A DNA stretch of 62,074 nucleotides, counting the filler, from Stramenopiles sp. TOSAG23-2 (Eukaryota): the NCBI GenBank assembly GCA_900128395.1. It is 10 parts of 10 records of this genome, joined end to end, with 100 filler letters (N's around TTAATTAATTAA, not from the genome) between each part and the next. Parts side by side here need not be neighbours in the genome. Positions count along the whole stretch, not along the records: positions 6,236 to 12,368 come from LT650512.1; positions 12,469 to 18,599 come from LT650513.1; positions 18,700 to 24,827 come from LT650514.1; 7 more parts are not named here. One strand, 5' to 3'. The translations under genes and the position numbers were made by a program. The notes under the pieces were generated by a model. The model searched no databases. It was not told the DNA's origin and saw nothing but the letters and a program-made list of their open reading frames with translations. Positions 10,976 through 21,931 of the stretch are shown piece by piece; the stretch's first letter is position 1, and each line of letters opens with the position of its first letter.

Positions 10976-11305
10976 GTTTTCAAATTATTATTCTTGGAAA
11001 AGTTTAAAAAAAAACTTATTGTTATTTTTTTAATTGACTGCTATAATACACTATATATATGTGTGTGTGTGTATGATTCCAATTTATTGCTGTAAGTAAC
11101 AACAACAACAACAACAATAATAATAAAATGTAGAATAAAGAATTAGAATGTACAACAATATGTAAGTATTTAAAGGAATAAAGAAACAATGACTAAAAAA
11201 GCTGAAGTTGAAGCAGGGAATAGTTTTTGAAAAGTCATATATATTTACATATATAATTTATATTTATTGTATAGGAATTATTATTAATAGATATTAATAA
11301 TAATA

Positions 11306-12358
11306 ATGGATATATTATCGTCACCCAAGGATGAAGATAATAATACATGGAAATATTTTTATTTAAAAGTATTAAAAAATAAAAAAACAAAAATATTGGT
11401 TATATATTTATGTTTAAATACAATAGGCCTTATATTTCAAGTAATAATAGCATGGAAATCAAATAGTTTAGCGTTATTAGGCCATGCATTTCATACTATG
11501 TTTGATTGTATCGGAGTTGTTGTTGCATGTGGAGGTGAAGTTTATCAACATCATAATGAAGAAAATGAACTATTTACATTTGGTTTATCACGTGTACCTG
11601 TACTTGCTGCATTTACAAATGCAGCATTTTTGTTTTTCACTGCTGTATTTATAGCTTTACAAGTTTTGCACCGACTCAGTATACCACAAGAAGTCAATCC
11701 ATGGGGTCTTGTTTTTGTTGTGTTGTTTGGCCTTGTTATTAAATTGTTAGGATTTTTTTTATTTATTCATGGTGGATTAATATCTATCAAGAATATTGTT
11801 GGTAATGCTAGTACTAGTACTACTACTAGTAGTAGCAGTAGCAATAATAATGACAACGGCAGTATTGTAAGTGGTAGAAGGAGATCTAGTAATTTAAACA
11901 CGCAAGTACTTTTGATTGGTATCTTTAGTGATGCGATGCGTTCAACTGGAATTTTAATTACATCCTCTACTTTACATTTATGGCAACATAGTGATACAGC
12001 TGCTTCATTAATTATTAGTTTGTTGATGATGCGTACGGTATTGCCGACATTAAAATCTAGTGCAAAAATATTATTACAATGTGCACCAGATACACCATTA
12101 ACAAAAGCAACAGTGGAACGTTGTGTACGACATTTATCAAATCTAGAGGGTGTATTAGAAGTCAGGGAGGAACGTTATTGGTCCATTGATGGTACTACAT
12201 GTACTGGTACATTTTGTATACGTGCCCATGCAAATGCGGATGAACAAGCTATTTTAAAAAATGCTGAAATGTTGTGTAAACCTACATTTAAATATTTAAA
12301 TATACAAATTGAGAAGGATCCACCTACAACATGGTTTTTATCGAAGCGAAATAAATAG
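11306..12358 (+). CDS. Cation diffusion facilitator (ZnT5/6/7, MTP5-like) zinc transporter
   Basis: SNSLALLGHAFHTMFD, FTFGLSRVPVLAAFTN, about 6 TM segments, C-terminal EGVLEV...YWS...NIQIEKD domain. Confidence 0.85.
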   Translation: MDILSSPKDEDNNTWKYFYLKVLKNKKTKILVIYLCLNTIGLIFQVIIAWKSNSLALLGHAFHTMFDCIGVVVACGGEVYQHHNEENELFTFGLSRVPVLAAFTNAAFLFFTAVFIALQVLHRLSIPQEVNPWGLVFVVLFGLVIKLLGFFLFIHGGLISIKNIVGNASTSTTTSSSSSNNNDNGSIVSGRRRSSNLNTQVLLIGIFSDAMRSTGILITSSTLHLWQHSDTAASLIISLLMMRTVLPTLKSSAKILLQCAPDTPLTKATVERCVRHLSNLEGVLEVREERYWSIDGTTCTGTFCIRAHANADEQAILKNAEMLCKPTFKYLNIQIEKDPPTTWFLSKRNK

Positions 12359-12692
12359 AGAGAGAGAGNNNNNNNNNNNNNNNNNNNNNNNNNNNNNNNN
12401 NNNNNNNNNNNNTTAATTAATTAANNNNNNNNNNNNNNNNNNNNNNNNNNNNNNNNNNNNNNNNNNNNAAATAAAATTGGCATTTTAGAAAACGATATAT
12501 ACATATTTCCCATAGTGAATAGTTTTATTTGTGACATAATAAGGCGGATCTCAATCATCATATAACCGTTTGGTACACATTTTATGAAAGCAATATATAT
12601 AATAATAATAATAATATATATTATTATTATTCAGAGGTAGGCAGATAGATAGATTTGAGAGAGGAGAGATCAGAGAGAGAGCGAGAGATTGT

Positions 12693-13255
12693 TGTTGTTG
12701 TTGTTGTTGAAAAGAGAGATTCTTATTATTGAAGAGAGATCGTTGTTGTTATTGTTGAAAAGAGAGATTCTTATTATTGAAGAGAGATCGTTGTTGTTAT
12801 TGTTGAAAAGAGAGATTCTTATTATTGAAGAGAGATCGTTGTTGTTATTGTTGAAAAGAGAGATTCTTATTATTGAAGAGAGATCGTTGTTGTTATTGTT
12901 GAAAAGAGAGATTCTTATTATTGAAGAGAGATCGTTGTTGTTATTGTTGAAAAGAGAGATTCTTATTATTGAAGAGAGATTCATATATTGTTATTGTTGA
13001 AGAGAGATTCATATATTGTTGAAGAGAGATATCGTTGTTTTTATTGTTTTAAAGAGAGTTTGTTGTTTTTATTGTTGAAAAGATATTGATATTCTTATAT
13101 TGTTGAAGAGAGATATCGTTATTGTTGAACAGATATTGATATTCTTATTGTTGAAGAGAGATTCTTATTGTTGAAAAGAGATTCTTGTTGTTATTGTTGA
13201 AGAGATATAGGGGATATCAGAGCATTTGTTGTTATTGTTATTGAAGAGATATTGT
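12693..13255. repeat. 48-bp minisatellite (6 near-perfect units, 12693-12980) decaying into degenerate TTGAA(A)GAGAGAT subunits
   Basis: Unit CGTTGTTGTTATTGTTGAAAAGAGAGATTCTTATTATTGAAGAGAGAT repeated head-to-tail without spacers. Confidence 0.9.
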
Positions 13256-13745
13256 TATTCTCAACAAAAAGACAAAGCAAATTAAAAATAAATTTTGCAT
13301 TTTCCAACACACTAAAATATTTACTTTTATAAAATATATAAAAGATTTTACTGAGAAATGTTTTTTTTTTTAGAAATGATAGCACATACTTCGTTTTTAT
13401 ACGAACGCACGAACGTCGTACTATTTCCAGAAAGTTATTTGATGATTATTTTTATATGATGAAAATTCCTGAAATGTTCCCATACTTTTTTTAAAATATA
13501 TTAAGTATGTATTTTTGTATACTAAAATAATGTATCCTAACAAGGTGAGTTTTGGTCAAATGGTCAAATAGGAATATTAGTATACAAACATGCATGTTCG
13601 TTTAACCACTTTGGTGATGATACTCATGTCAATAAATATTGGATTTATTTTTACTAAAAAAGAATTCGTTGGATTCATTTTGATAGGTTAAATAATATTA
13701 AAACAAGAATCGTTTTAGCATTTTTTTTCACGGATATATGTAAAC

Positions 13746-13957
13746 CTTTTTGAAATAAATGGAAAGGAAAGCAATTTAGCTATATTTACACGATATATAT
13801 GACACATTGGGATGTAGATAGATATATGTGACACATTGGGATATAGATTATCTTTTTGAAATAAATGGAAAGGAAAGCAATTTAGCTATATTTACACGAT
13901 ATATATGACACATTGGGATGTAGATAGATATATGTGACACATTGGGATATAGATTAT
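13746..13957. repeat. Exact 106-bp tandem duplication
   Basis: 13746-13851 repeated at 13852-13957. Confidence 0.85.
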
Positions 13958-14193
13958 ATATATATATATATATATTTAATTGCAATATTATTGTAATATT
14001 TAGTAAATAATAGTGCATATTAAAATAAATATATATATATATAATTATTGTCCATAGTTAAATATATAGTCCACATTCAATAAATATATATATATTTAAT
14101 AATTATATAGTCCATATAGTTAAAATAAATAAAGAAAGATTTCATCATCGTTGTAATACCTATAATAGCAAGAAGCAAACGAAATTTGGATAC

Positions 14194-14918
14194 ATGGAAA
14201 TGAAACGAACACGATATATTTACATGACCATGTTATACATTTCCATCATTATATTATCATCGTTACAATTGTATCAAACATATGCAAAGGAACAACAACA
14301 ACAACAACAACATGCATTATACCAATTACCATCCTCACAAATAACAAATTCATTAATTGAACATGTAAAAAACATGGACGACGAGAAAACACCACCATCT
14401 GAAAAAGCTACAATATTAGCAAATTTATTAGCAACATCTTTCCTTGAGTATGGTGCATATAATGGTCAAATAAATGTTGGATTTGATCCAGAAGAAGGTT
14501 TACCAGAACCAACGCCACAGTGTAAACGTATAATGAACCATTGGACGAAAAAATGTTTAGTTGGAGGTAAAAAACATTTTTCATCTCCTGGGATTTATCC
14601 TGATCTTGATTCTGGTGCAAGTAATCCACATGATGGTGGTGGTGGTGGTGGTAATGGTGGTGGTGGCGCACCAGGTGATGAAAATGAAAAACCAAAAGGT
14701 GGTGGTGGTGGTGGATGTGGTGGTGGTTTAATTGGTGCAATCCTATGTCTTGTGAAAAAAGTAGTAAAACATGTAGCAAAAGCAGCACAAGGTATTGGTA
14801 AAGCATTATTTGGTTTTAAACAAATAAATGGAACGCAAGTGTTAATACGTTATGCAAATAATGATACAAATAATATATCAAACATGTGGGTGTTTGGCCC
14901 ACCAAATATTTATTCTTC

Positions 14919-14954
<36 letters not shown>

Positions 14955-15114
14955 GTTGAATGATAAGAAGAGAGATATGATAGTTAGTAACAGTAATGCT
15001 GTTTCATCATCCATGATTAATAATAAGGATGATAAAACTAAGGATGATAAAACGATAGATGATGATCAATTAATTCAAGCTGCAATGAAAATGCAATCGG
15101 GACAGCAGACATAA
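14194..15114 (+). CDS. Secreted precursor carrying one C-x9-C cationic amphipathic (AMP-like) module
   Basis: Signal-like MLYISIIILSSLQLYQTYA, an SFLE motif, Gly linkers, then CGGGLIGAILCLVKKVVKHVAKAAQGIGKALFGFKQ, closely similar to modules in the 56009-62074 ORF. Confidence 0.7.
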
Positions 15115-15179
15115 AGCTCTAAAAAAGTGTTTTAAAAATTAAAAAAATATTAAAATGTGTGTGTAAATAGTAAATCATT

Positions 15180-16106
15180 TTAACCTAGATATATACCCGC
15201 AGTCAAAAAAATAAAATAAGAGATATTGAAAATACGAGAACCTGGTTTCACTTCTTGTATAATATCATCATCAAATAAATGATGTAAATGTATCATTCCA
15301 CATTCTTCTAATACTTTTTCAGCTTGATATTTTTTCATTGGGTCCCTGTTTGAATATACGTATATCAGATGTATATATTTAATTACATTTTTAGTTGTTA
15401 GTTCATGTAGAGAAAAAGAGTCAATGAAAATAATTTGTACTACTTACAATTTACCATTGATACGTTCTTCATTTGTAATGTTAAATTGATATTCCTCTAA
15501 ACAATTTATTTTGATTATTGCATTATCATTTACATTTGCATTATTATTATTTTCATCATTTATTGTTATTTGTTCTTCCCCCATCATCATCGACGATGGT
15601 TTTTTTCTTGTAGAAGATTCATCATCAGCATTATTATTATTACTATGTTTATTGTTAAATTGATAATCCCCTACGATAATATTACCAATTTTTGCAAATG
15701 GTGAATCAATAGTTGATAAACTACCACGGAAATCAAATCGTATCAATGTATTTTTAGGTGGTGCAATGAAATGCAAATGACCAATATATACATCTTTAAA
15801 TAAATGTTTTGAAATCTCTGGTTCAATTTGTTGATGATCATACATTTCCTCTGTTATTACGTCAGTTAAATAAATATGGAAATCTATTTCTTGAAATAAC
15901 TCAACTGGAATAATCCATTTTAATGATATTATTTTTTGTTGTTCCACTTGATATTTTTCAGTTGTAAACAAGCAATTTTCAAATTCTAAAAACAATGCCG
16001 CTGGTGTTCTTGATGGTGGTTGCTGTTGTTGTTGTTGTAATGCGTGTGCCGTTGTTATGATTAAGCATATTGCGATGGAAAAAACGATACTTAATACTAC
16101 TTTCAT
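15180..16106 (-). CDS. Secreted hypothetical protein, at least 2 exons (16106-15448, 15345-15180)
   Basis: Signal peptide MKVVLSIVFSIAICLIITTAHA. GTAAGT donor at 15447 and CAG acceptor at 15346 give the in-frame continuation LDPMKKYQAEKVLEECGMIHL. Confidence 0.55.
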
Positions 16107-16244
16107 TTGTGTGTATGTGTAATAAAAATGTCGTTGGACGGTCAATTTTTGATGATGCAAATTATAAAAAAAAAAAATGCAAAAACAAATATAACTAATA
16201 TAATAACAAGATAATATATATATATATGCAAAAATCTCTTACAA

Positions 16245-16420
16245 ACTGACTTTCCAATGGACGGTCATGAATATATGCAAATGTACGTGTTTGGCAGAAC
16301 AATAAATTAATTTTGTAATTATATCTATATATACTGACTTTCCAATGGACGGTCATGAATATATGCAAATGTACGTGTTTGGCAGAACAATAAATTAATT
16401 TTGTAATTATATCTATATAT
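16245..16420. repeat. Exact 88-bp tandem duplication
   Basis: 16245-16332 repeated at 16333-16420. Confidence 0.85.
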
Positions 16421-16740
16421 TGCTTAAATTGCTTTTTTTGTATCAACAAAAATCGGGTATCATTCTTAATTGTATGGGCCTGCTATAATTAATTATTAAC
16501 AACAGACTTTTTTTTTTAATTAATAGAAGTTACTATAGTACTATTATAGTAAAATACATATATTATAATCTTATTGTATAATAAAGGATTGATATTATAT
16601 ATATATATATAACTATATGTGTAATATATATATCAATAGTGAGTGAGACAATAACATCTATCTAACACGTACAGTTCATTTGTAATTGATACGGGCATAA
16701 AATATAGAAAACAAAACGTAGTAACAAAAAAAAATTACCA

Positions 16741-16914
16741 ACAAGTATCATCAGATTATTATTGATCAATTACGACTAATTATTTAGCCGTTTAAAATAT
16801 TTAAAATATTTGAGTAAAAAAAAGACCACAAGTATCATCAGATTATTATTGATCAATTACGACTAATTATTTAGCCGTTTAAAATATTTAAAATATTTGA
16901 GTAAAAAAAAGACC
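16741..16914. repeat. Exact 87-bp tandem duplication
   Basis: 16741-16827 repeated at 16828-16914. Confidence 0.85.
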
Positions 16915-16991
16915 ACAACACCAAACATCATTTGTACATACCACAACAACTCTCTTTATATAACATATTCACTTGTAAAGATAAATAAACC

Positions 16992-17786
16992 ATGCAAAAA
17001 GAAAACGAAGATGTCATAAAATTAAGAAAAGCAAGTAAATTAGCAACAGTGCAAGGAATACGTACAGTTACAGAAATTATGAAAAAATTAATACATGATC
17101 CATGGATACAACAAGAATGTACCAGAATGGCATGGAATTTTATATTTCATTATCCAAAGTTTAAAAAAATATTTTATGATTATGAAGGTATAGAAACGAC
17201 CATTGAATCCATTGCATTGCATTATAAAAATAAATTATATGGAAAACACATAGCAAAATCTGGTTTATTTTGTATACATCAAATGGCAACAATAATTACA
17301 ACTAAAAACCCAAAAATGAAAACAACACTTATACAAAATATACATGAAACAACTGTACGATCAAATGTAGTAGAAGTTGCAGTTAATGCTATGCGTTATT
17401 ATCCATTAGATGCACGTTTACAAGAAGCGGGGTGTGCTGCATTAGGTTGGTGGGCATTTAAAGCAACAAACAGAGATAGGGCAAAATGTATAATAGCTGG
17501 TGGATTGGAAGTATGTGAAGAAGCACAAGCATCGCATACAAAAAATGTACATGTACAACGTTATGCCAATTGGACAATAGAATTATTACGTGAAGCAGAA
17601 GCAGAATATAAAGCTGAATTAATTGCAATTGAGGAAGCTAAACGACGTAGGGAAATGATTGATAAAATGGTTAAAAGTCAAATTGAATATGCAAGACAAA
17701 AAAAATTAAAAAAAGATAAAGCATTAAGAGAGATGGGGATATTGGATGGTGATGGGGAAGGAGAGATTAATTATTATCCGAAGTGA
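16992..17786 (+). CDS. Armadillo-like repeat protein with C-terminal coiled coil
   Basis: VNAMRYYPLDARLQEAGCAALGW and similar ARM-type helices; charged helical tail. Confidence 0.65.
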   Translation: MQKENEDVIKLRKASKLATVQGIRTVTEIMKKLIHDPWIQQECTRMAWNFIFHYPKFKKIFYDYEGIETTIESIALHYKNKLYGKHIAKSGLFCIHQMATIITTKNPKMKTTLIQNIHETTVRSNVVEVAVNAMRYYPLDARLQEAGCAALGWWAFKATNRDRAKCIIAGGLEVCEEAQASHTKNVHVQRYANWTIELLREAEAEYKAELIAIEEAKRRREMIDKMVKSQIEYARQKKLKKDKALREMGILDGDGEGEINYYPK

Positions 17787-17932
17787 GAGATTAATGATTG
17801 ATAAAATGGTTAAAAGTCAAATTGAATATGCAAGACAAAAAAAATTAAAAAAAGATAAAGCATTAAGAGAGATGGGGATATTGGATGGTGATGGGGAAGG
17901 AGAGATTAATTATTATCCGAAGTGAGAGATTA
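17654..17932. repeat. 139-bp tandem duplication of the 3' end of the ARM gene
   Basis: 17654-17792 repeated from 17793, including the stop codon. Confidence 0.85.
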
Positions 17933-18234
17933 GAGAGATGTGTGGTGTGTAAAAAATATTTTAGATATGATATGTAAAAATATATTTTCATATTTTTTGT
18001 CGTTTTTTATATTTTTTATAAAAAATAAAATTAAATTTTTAATTCTCTCTTTATATCTAGTGGTTTTAATTAATTTATTTCAACAAATTTTACTGGGGTC
18101 AAAAGGCCAAATTGCCGACCATATATGTGATGACTACAAAAAAAAATAATATGACCCACAAGACACCACGCACATCAATTTTTTTAATCATTCTCCGTAT
18201 ACATCATCTCAAACTATACAACTCTTGCTCCATA

Positions 18235-18599
18235 TCAATCCTCTTCAGAACTTTCACTATCTTCCTCTTCACTACTATCATCATCATCTTCCTCTTCGGA
18301 ACTTTCTTCTTCTTCTGAACTTTCTTCTTCTTCTGAACTGTCATCATCTTCTTCCTCTTCCGAGCTGTCATCATCTTCTTCCTCTTCCGAGCTGCCATCA
18401 TCTTCTTCCTCATCTGAACTTTCATCATCATCTTCCTCTTCTTGTTCATCCAATAATTTTTTCTTTGCTTCGGTAGAAATTTTCTTCTTTTTCTTTTTAT
18501 CGTTTCCACTATCATCATCTTTCTTACGTCTTTTTTTCTTTTTACTGCTCATTTTCTTTTTCTTTCTTCCACCACGTTTCTTTTTTGGTGTTTTATGTA
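18235..18599 (-). CDS. C-terminal Lys-rich / Asp-Glu-Ser-rich low-complexity tail of a truncated gene (probably nuclear)
   Basis: Frame open to the contig edge. KKKKRRKK followed by repeated SSEEEEDDD. Confidence 0.6.
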
Positions 18600-18977
18600 N
18601 NNNNNNNNNNNNNNNNNNNNNNNNNNNNNNNNNNNNNNNNNNNTTAATTAATTAANNNNNNNNNNNNNNNNNNNNNNNNNNNNNNNNNNNNNNNNNNNNT
18701 CACTTTAACTTGTAGATTTCTACAAGTTTCATTGACCCATTGTGCTTTAAGCCAGTTTAATTTTTGTTTCGATGGTTAGTATATAAAATGTTTTATAATA
18801 TTACGGATTCCCTTGCAATTACTGTATCATATTATATTGTCCTCATAAATATACGAACCGTTATATTATATCATCTCATGTTTAACATAAAAAAATATAT
18901 TTCTTCTCTTCTTTTATATGATATACAATATATATATCATATTATATACAAATATATGATATATATATGTTTTTATT

Positions 18978-20050
18978 TCAATCGTCTCGTTCAACATACC
19001 ATAAATCGACTGCATATGAACAAAAATAAATTGAAAATTGTAAAATAATAACCCATTCTATATTTTAAAAAAAGTAAAAATAAGAGTGTTAGAGATTTAA
19101 GTTTTTACATATCGTTAAATATTGCATAATATAAAATAAAAGATACATATGTAATTAATCTTCTATCACATGTAAGTCAATATTCTTCATTTAGATTTAT
19201 CATATATATATAATATATATTACTTACGCATTAATCCCATTGAATTCATAGTTGCTGGTGATTGTGGTTGTTGTTCTGGCGGTGGTGATGGCCCTTCCGT
19301 TGTTTTACTTTCTTGTCTATTTGCAACTTGACCATTTGTAGCACTGTTTGTACTAGCAAAAAACACTTGGCCCAATATCATTGGTGCAAACATTAATACA
19401 GATGAATATTTCAATATGAGACTACGAAAGTATGCAACTTGTTTTATCTCTGGAATATCTAATAATTCAATATCGAACTCCTCAGCATATTTAGTATAAA
19501 GTTCGGTTGAAAGTTGAGCGTGTTGCATTGCACCAAACATGAATAACATTGCACCACCCCAATGAAACAAATTTTGCATTGACATATTGACTTGCAACGT
19601 ATACATACCTTGCAAACTACAACCAAATGCTGCTTGAAAACCATACCACACGCAGTCTTGAGCAATTTTTGCCACCGCATGGTTTTTATAAAAATGAGGC
19701 TTCAAAATCACTTCACGAAAACAATAAATATGTATTGCTAATAATATACCGACTGTACCAAAACCTGCTTGATAAATTAATTTTTGCGGGTAAGCTATAC
19801 CTAACGCTGATATTGCAGGGAATATTGCTCCTGGTTCACGGACCGGCCACCACAACGAATAACATTTACCGACTGTGATCAACAGCATGACTATTGCACT
19901 TAGTGGAGCTGCAACTAAGATATATTTTTGCATTGATAAAGTACCAAGTAACAAAAAGATACCAGGAATGACTAGCCAATTACGCACGTCATCCGTTATT
20001 GGTCTATCGATTGCCATTTTCGGCATATAATTATGTGTTTGGGGAGGCAT
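18978..20050 (-). CDS. Frag1/DRAM/Sfk1 (CWH43 N-terminal-like) membrane protein, 2 exons (20050-19228, 19057-18978)
   Basis: FPAISALG..YPQKLIY and HWGGAMLF. Intron 19058-19227 (GTAAGT...TAG) restores a last TM segment QWVIILQFSIYFCSYAVD. Confidence 0.7.
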
Positions 20051-21101
20051 GTTCTTATCTAATTATTCATGTATTCTATGTACTGCATAAATATCTTTAT
20101 ATTTTGTGTATCTATCTATGTTTTCCAGAATATATATATATACATATATTCATATGTAATAATAATTGAAAGGTGCAAAGATAATAATAAAAAGATGCAA
20201 AAGTAGTCTGCGTCGTCAGACTCTTTCCGTAATTATTGCAAAAGGATGCAACAACTTTTTAACCTTAACCTCTTTCGTTGTTTTTTTGACTTTTTTTTTT
20301 CATCAACACGAGATAAAATGCACCATATTTTTAACCATTATTTCAATTATTAACCATTGCCATTATTTTCGCCATACATGTTAGACTACTGCAATTTTAT
20401 TAGCTTTATAATCTGATCATCTGATCTGACCACTCACATTTAACACGCACACACCACTATACATGTAAACGTTTTACATTATGAATATATGCACTAGCGT
20501 GACATAGATGTACATTTTGTCATAACAAACCACATATAATGAAATAAAGGACACAGCATTAGCATTGATACAGTATGATCCGTTTCACTGATCCCCCCAG
20601 AGAGAGAATCTCACTGGATCACCGAACAAATTTAACCATATCAACTCCTGCGCTTTAGCAGGACAATAGTATTGGAAAAACTGACCGATATAAATTTAGA
20701 TCCTAAATTATTAACACAACACAACACTAAAATAGATAAATACACATGTACATATGTAACAATATAATATATATATTATATATTTGTATGTAACATATAT
20801 ATATACATATCGTAAATAAACATATACATACATTGCATCAATATCAATTAGCAATATTTGATTCTACATAATAATCAGTTACAAAGAAAGATCAGTTGAT
20901 ATATTTTTATCATTCATATCGTCATATATAATATATATAGCTTCTATATATTTGGCATATATTTAAAAGAGCACATACATATACATAGTATAGTAAATAT
21001 ATACATACATATCATATCAATCATCTAGTAAAACAAATCCTCCGAATAATATACATACGATAACAGAAAAAGAAAGAGAAGAACAGAAACCGATTATAAA
21101 C

Positions 21102-21406
21102 ATGGCAAAAGAAATACAAGAGTTAGATAAATCTTCACCAGATGGTACATCGAATCTAATTGATAGTAATGCAAATGGCACATGGAAGATTTGCCAGTAG
21201 GCAGCAAAATGGACAAGTTACGTCGTGAAGCTATGTTGAGGAACATGGTTAGCGCTGGTTTAGATGTGGATTCAAATGTAACATATACAACACACGAATT
21301 ATCAGCAGTTGCTTCCATACAACGCCAATTTAAAGCACATAAATTAAGAAGAGAAATAGATGCGCGCGCTGCTGCGACTAAAAAAGCAGCTAATGCTGGT
21401 AGATAA
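21102..21406 (+). CDS. Small IQ-motif (calmodulin-binding) protein, probably 2 exons
   Basis: IQ motif VASIQRQFKAHKLRR. The upstream ATG exon (21102-21144) joins in frame via a GT at 21145 and a CAG/TAG acceptor at 21197/21200. Confidence 0.55.
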
Positions 21407-21931
21407 GTTATATATATATATAATCGTGCAGAAAGATTAAATGCGCTCGTATTAATTTTCAAAATAAAAGAAAAAAATTAAAGTGTTTAAAAATATGAAA
21501 AATTAAGTAGAAGGATGTTTAAAATCTAAGTTTAATCTTCGTGTAATTAATTTTATACGAGAGAAAGTTCGTAAAAAAAAAAATTAAAAATAATACGCAT
21601 ATAATATATATTTTTTAAAAATTACTCGTACACGCATTATGATATTAATTAAAAACATTCAAATTATTATATTTATTCGTATAATATTATATATATTTTT
21701 AGGATAGCATATTATTCTTGCGATTGAGTATTGAGCATATTATCATACTTAACACGAGAAGTGTAAAATTATTATGCATATATGTATATAACTTAGATTT
21801 TAACCATCATTATATTATAAAAAATATTAAAATATATCGTGTACGAACTTCGTATTTAAAATTTAAAATTAAATTTTATTTTAAAATATTTTTTAATAAT
21901 ATGACACCTCACGAACAAAAATACTCCTTTT

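Noticed and set aside
12670-13000. CRISPR array, or the 103/104-aa repeat ORFs
   Set aside because: Units are contiguous with no unique spacers and no cas genes are present. The ORFs are by-products of a stop-free 48-bp unit.
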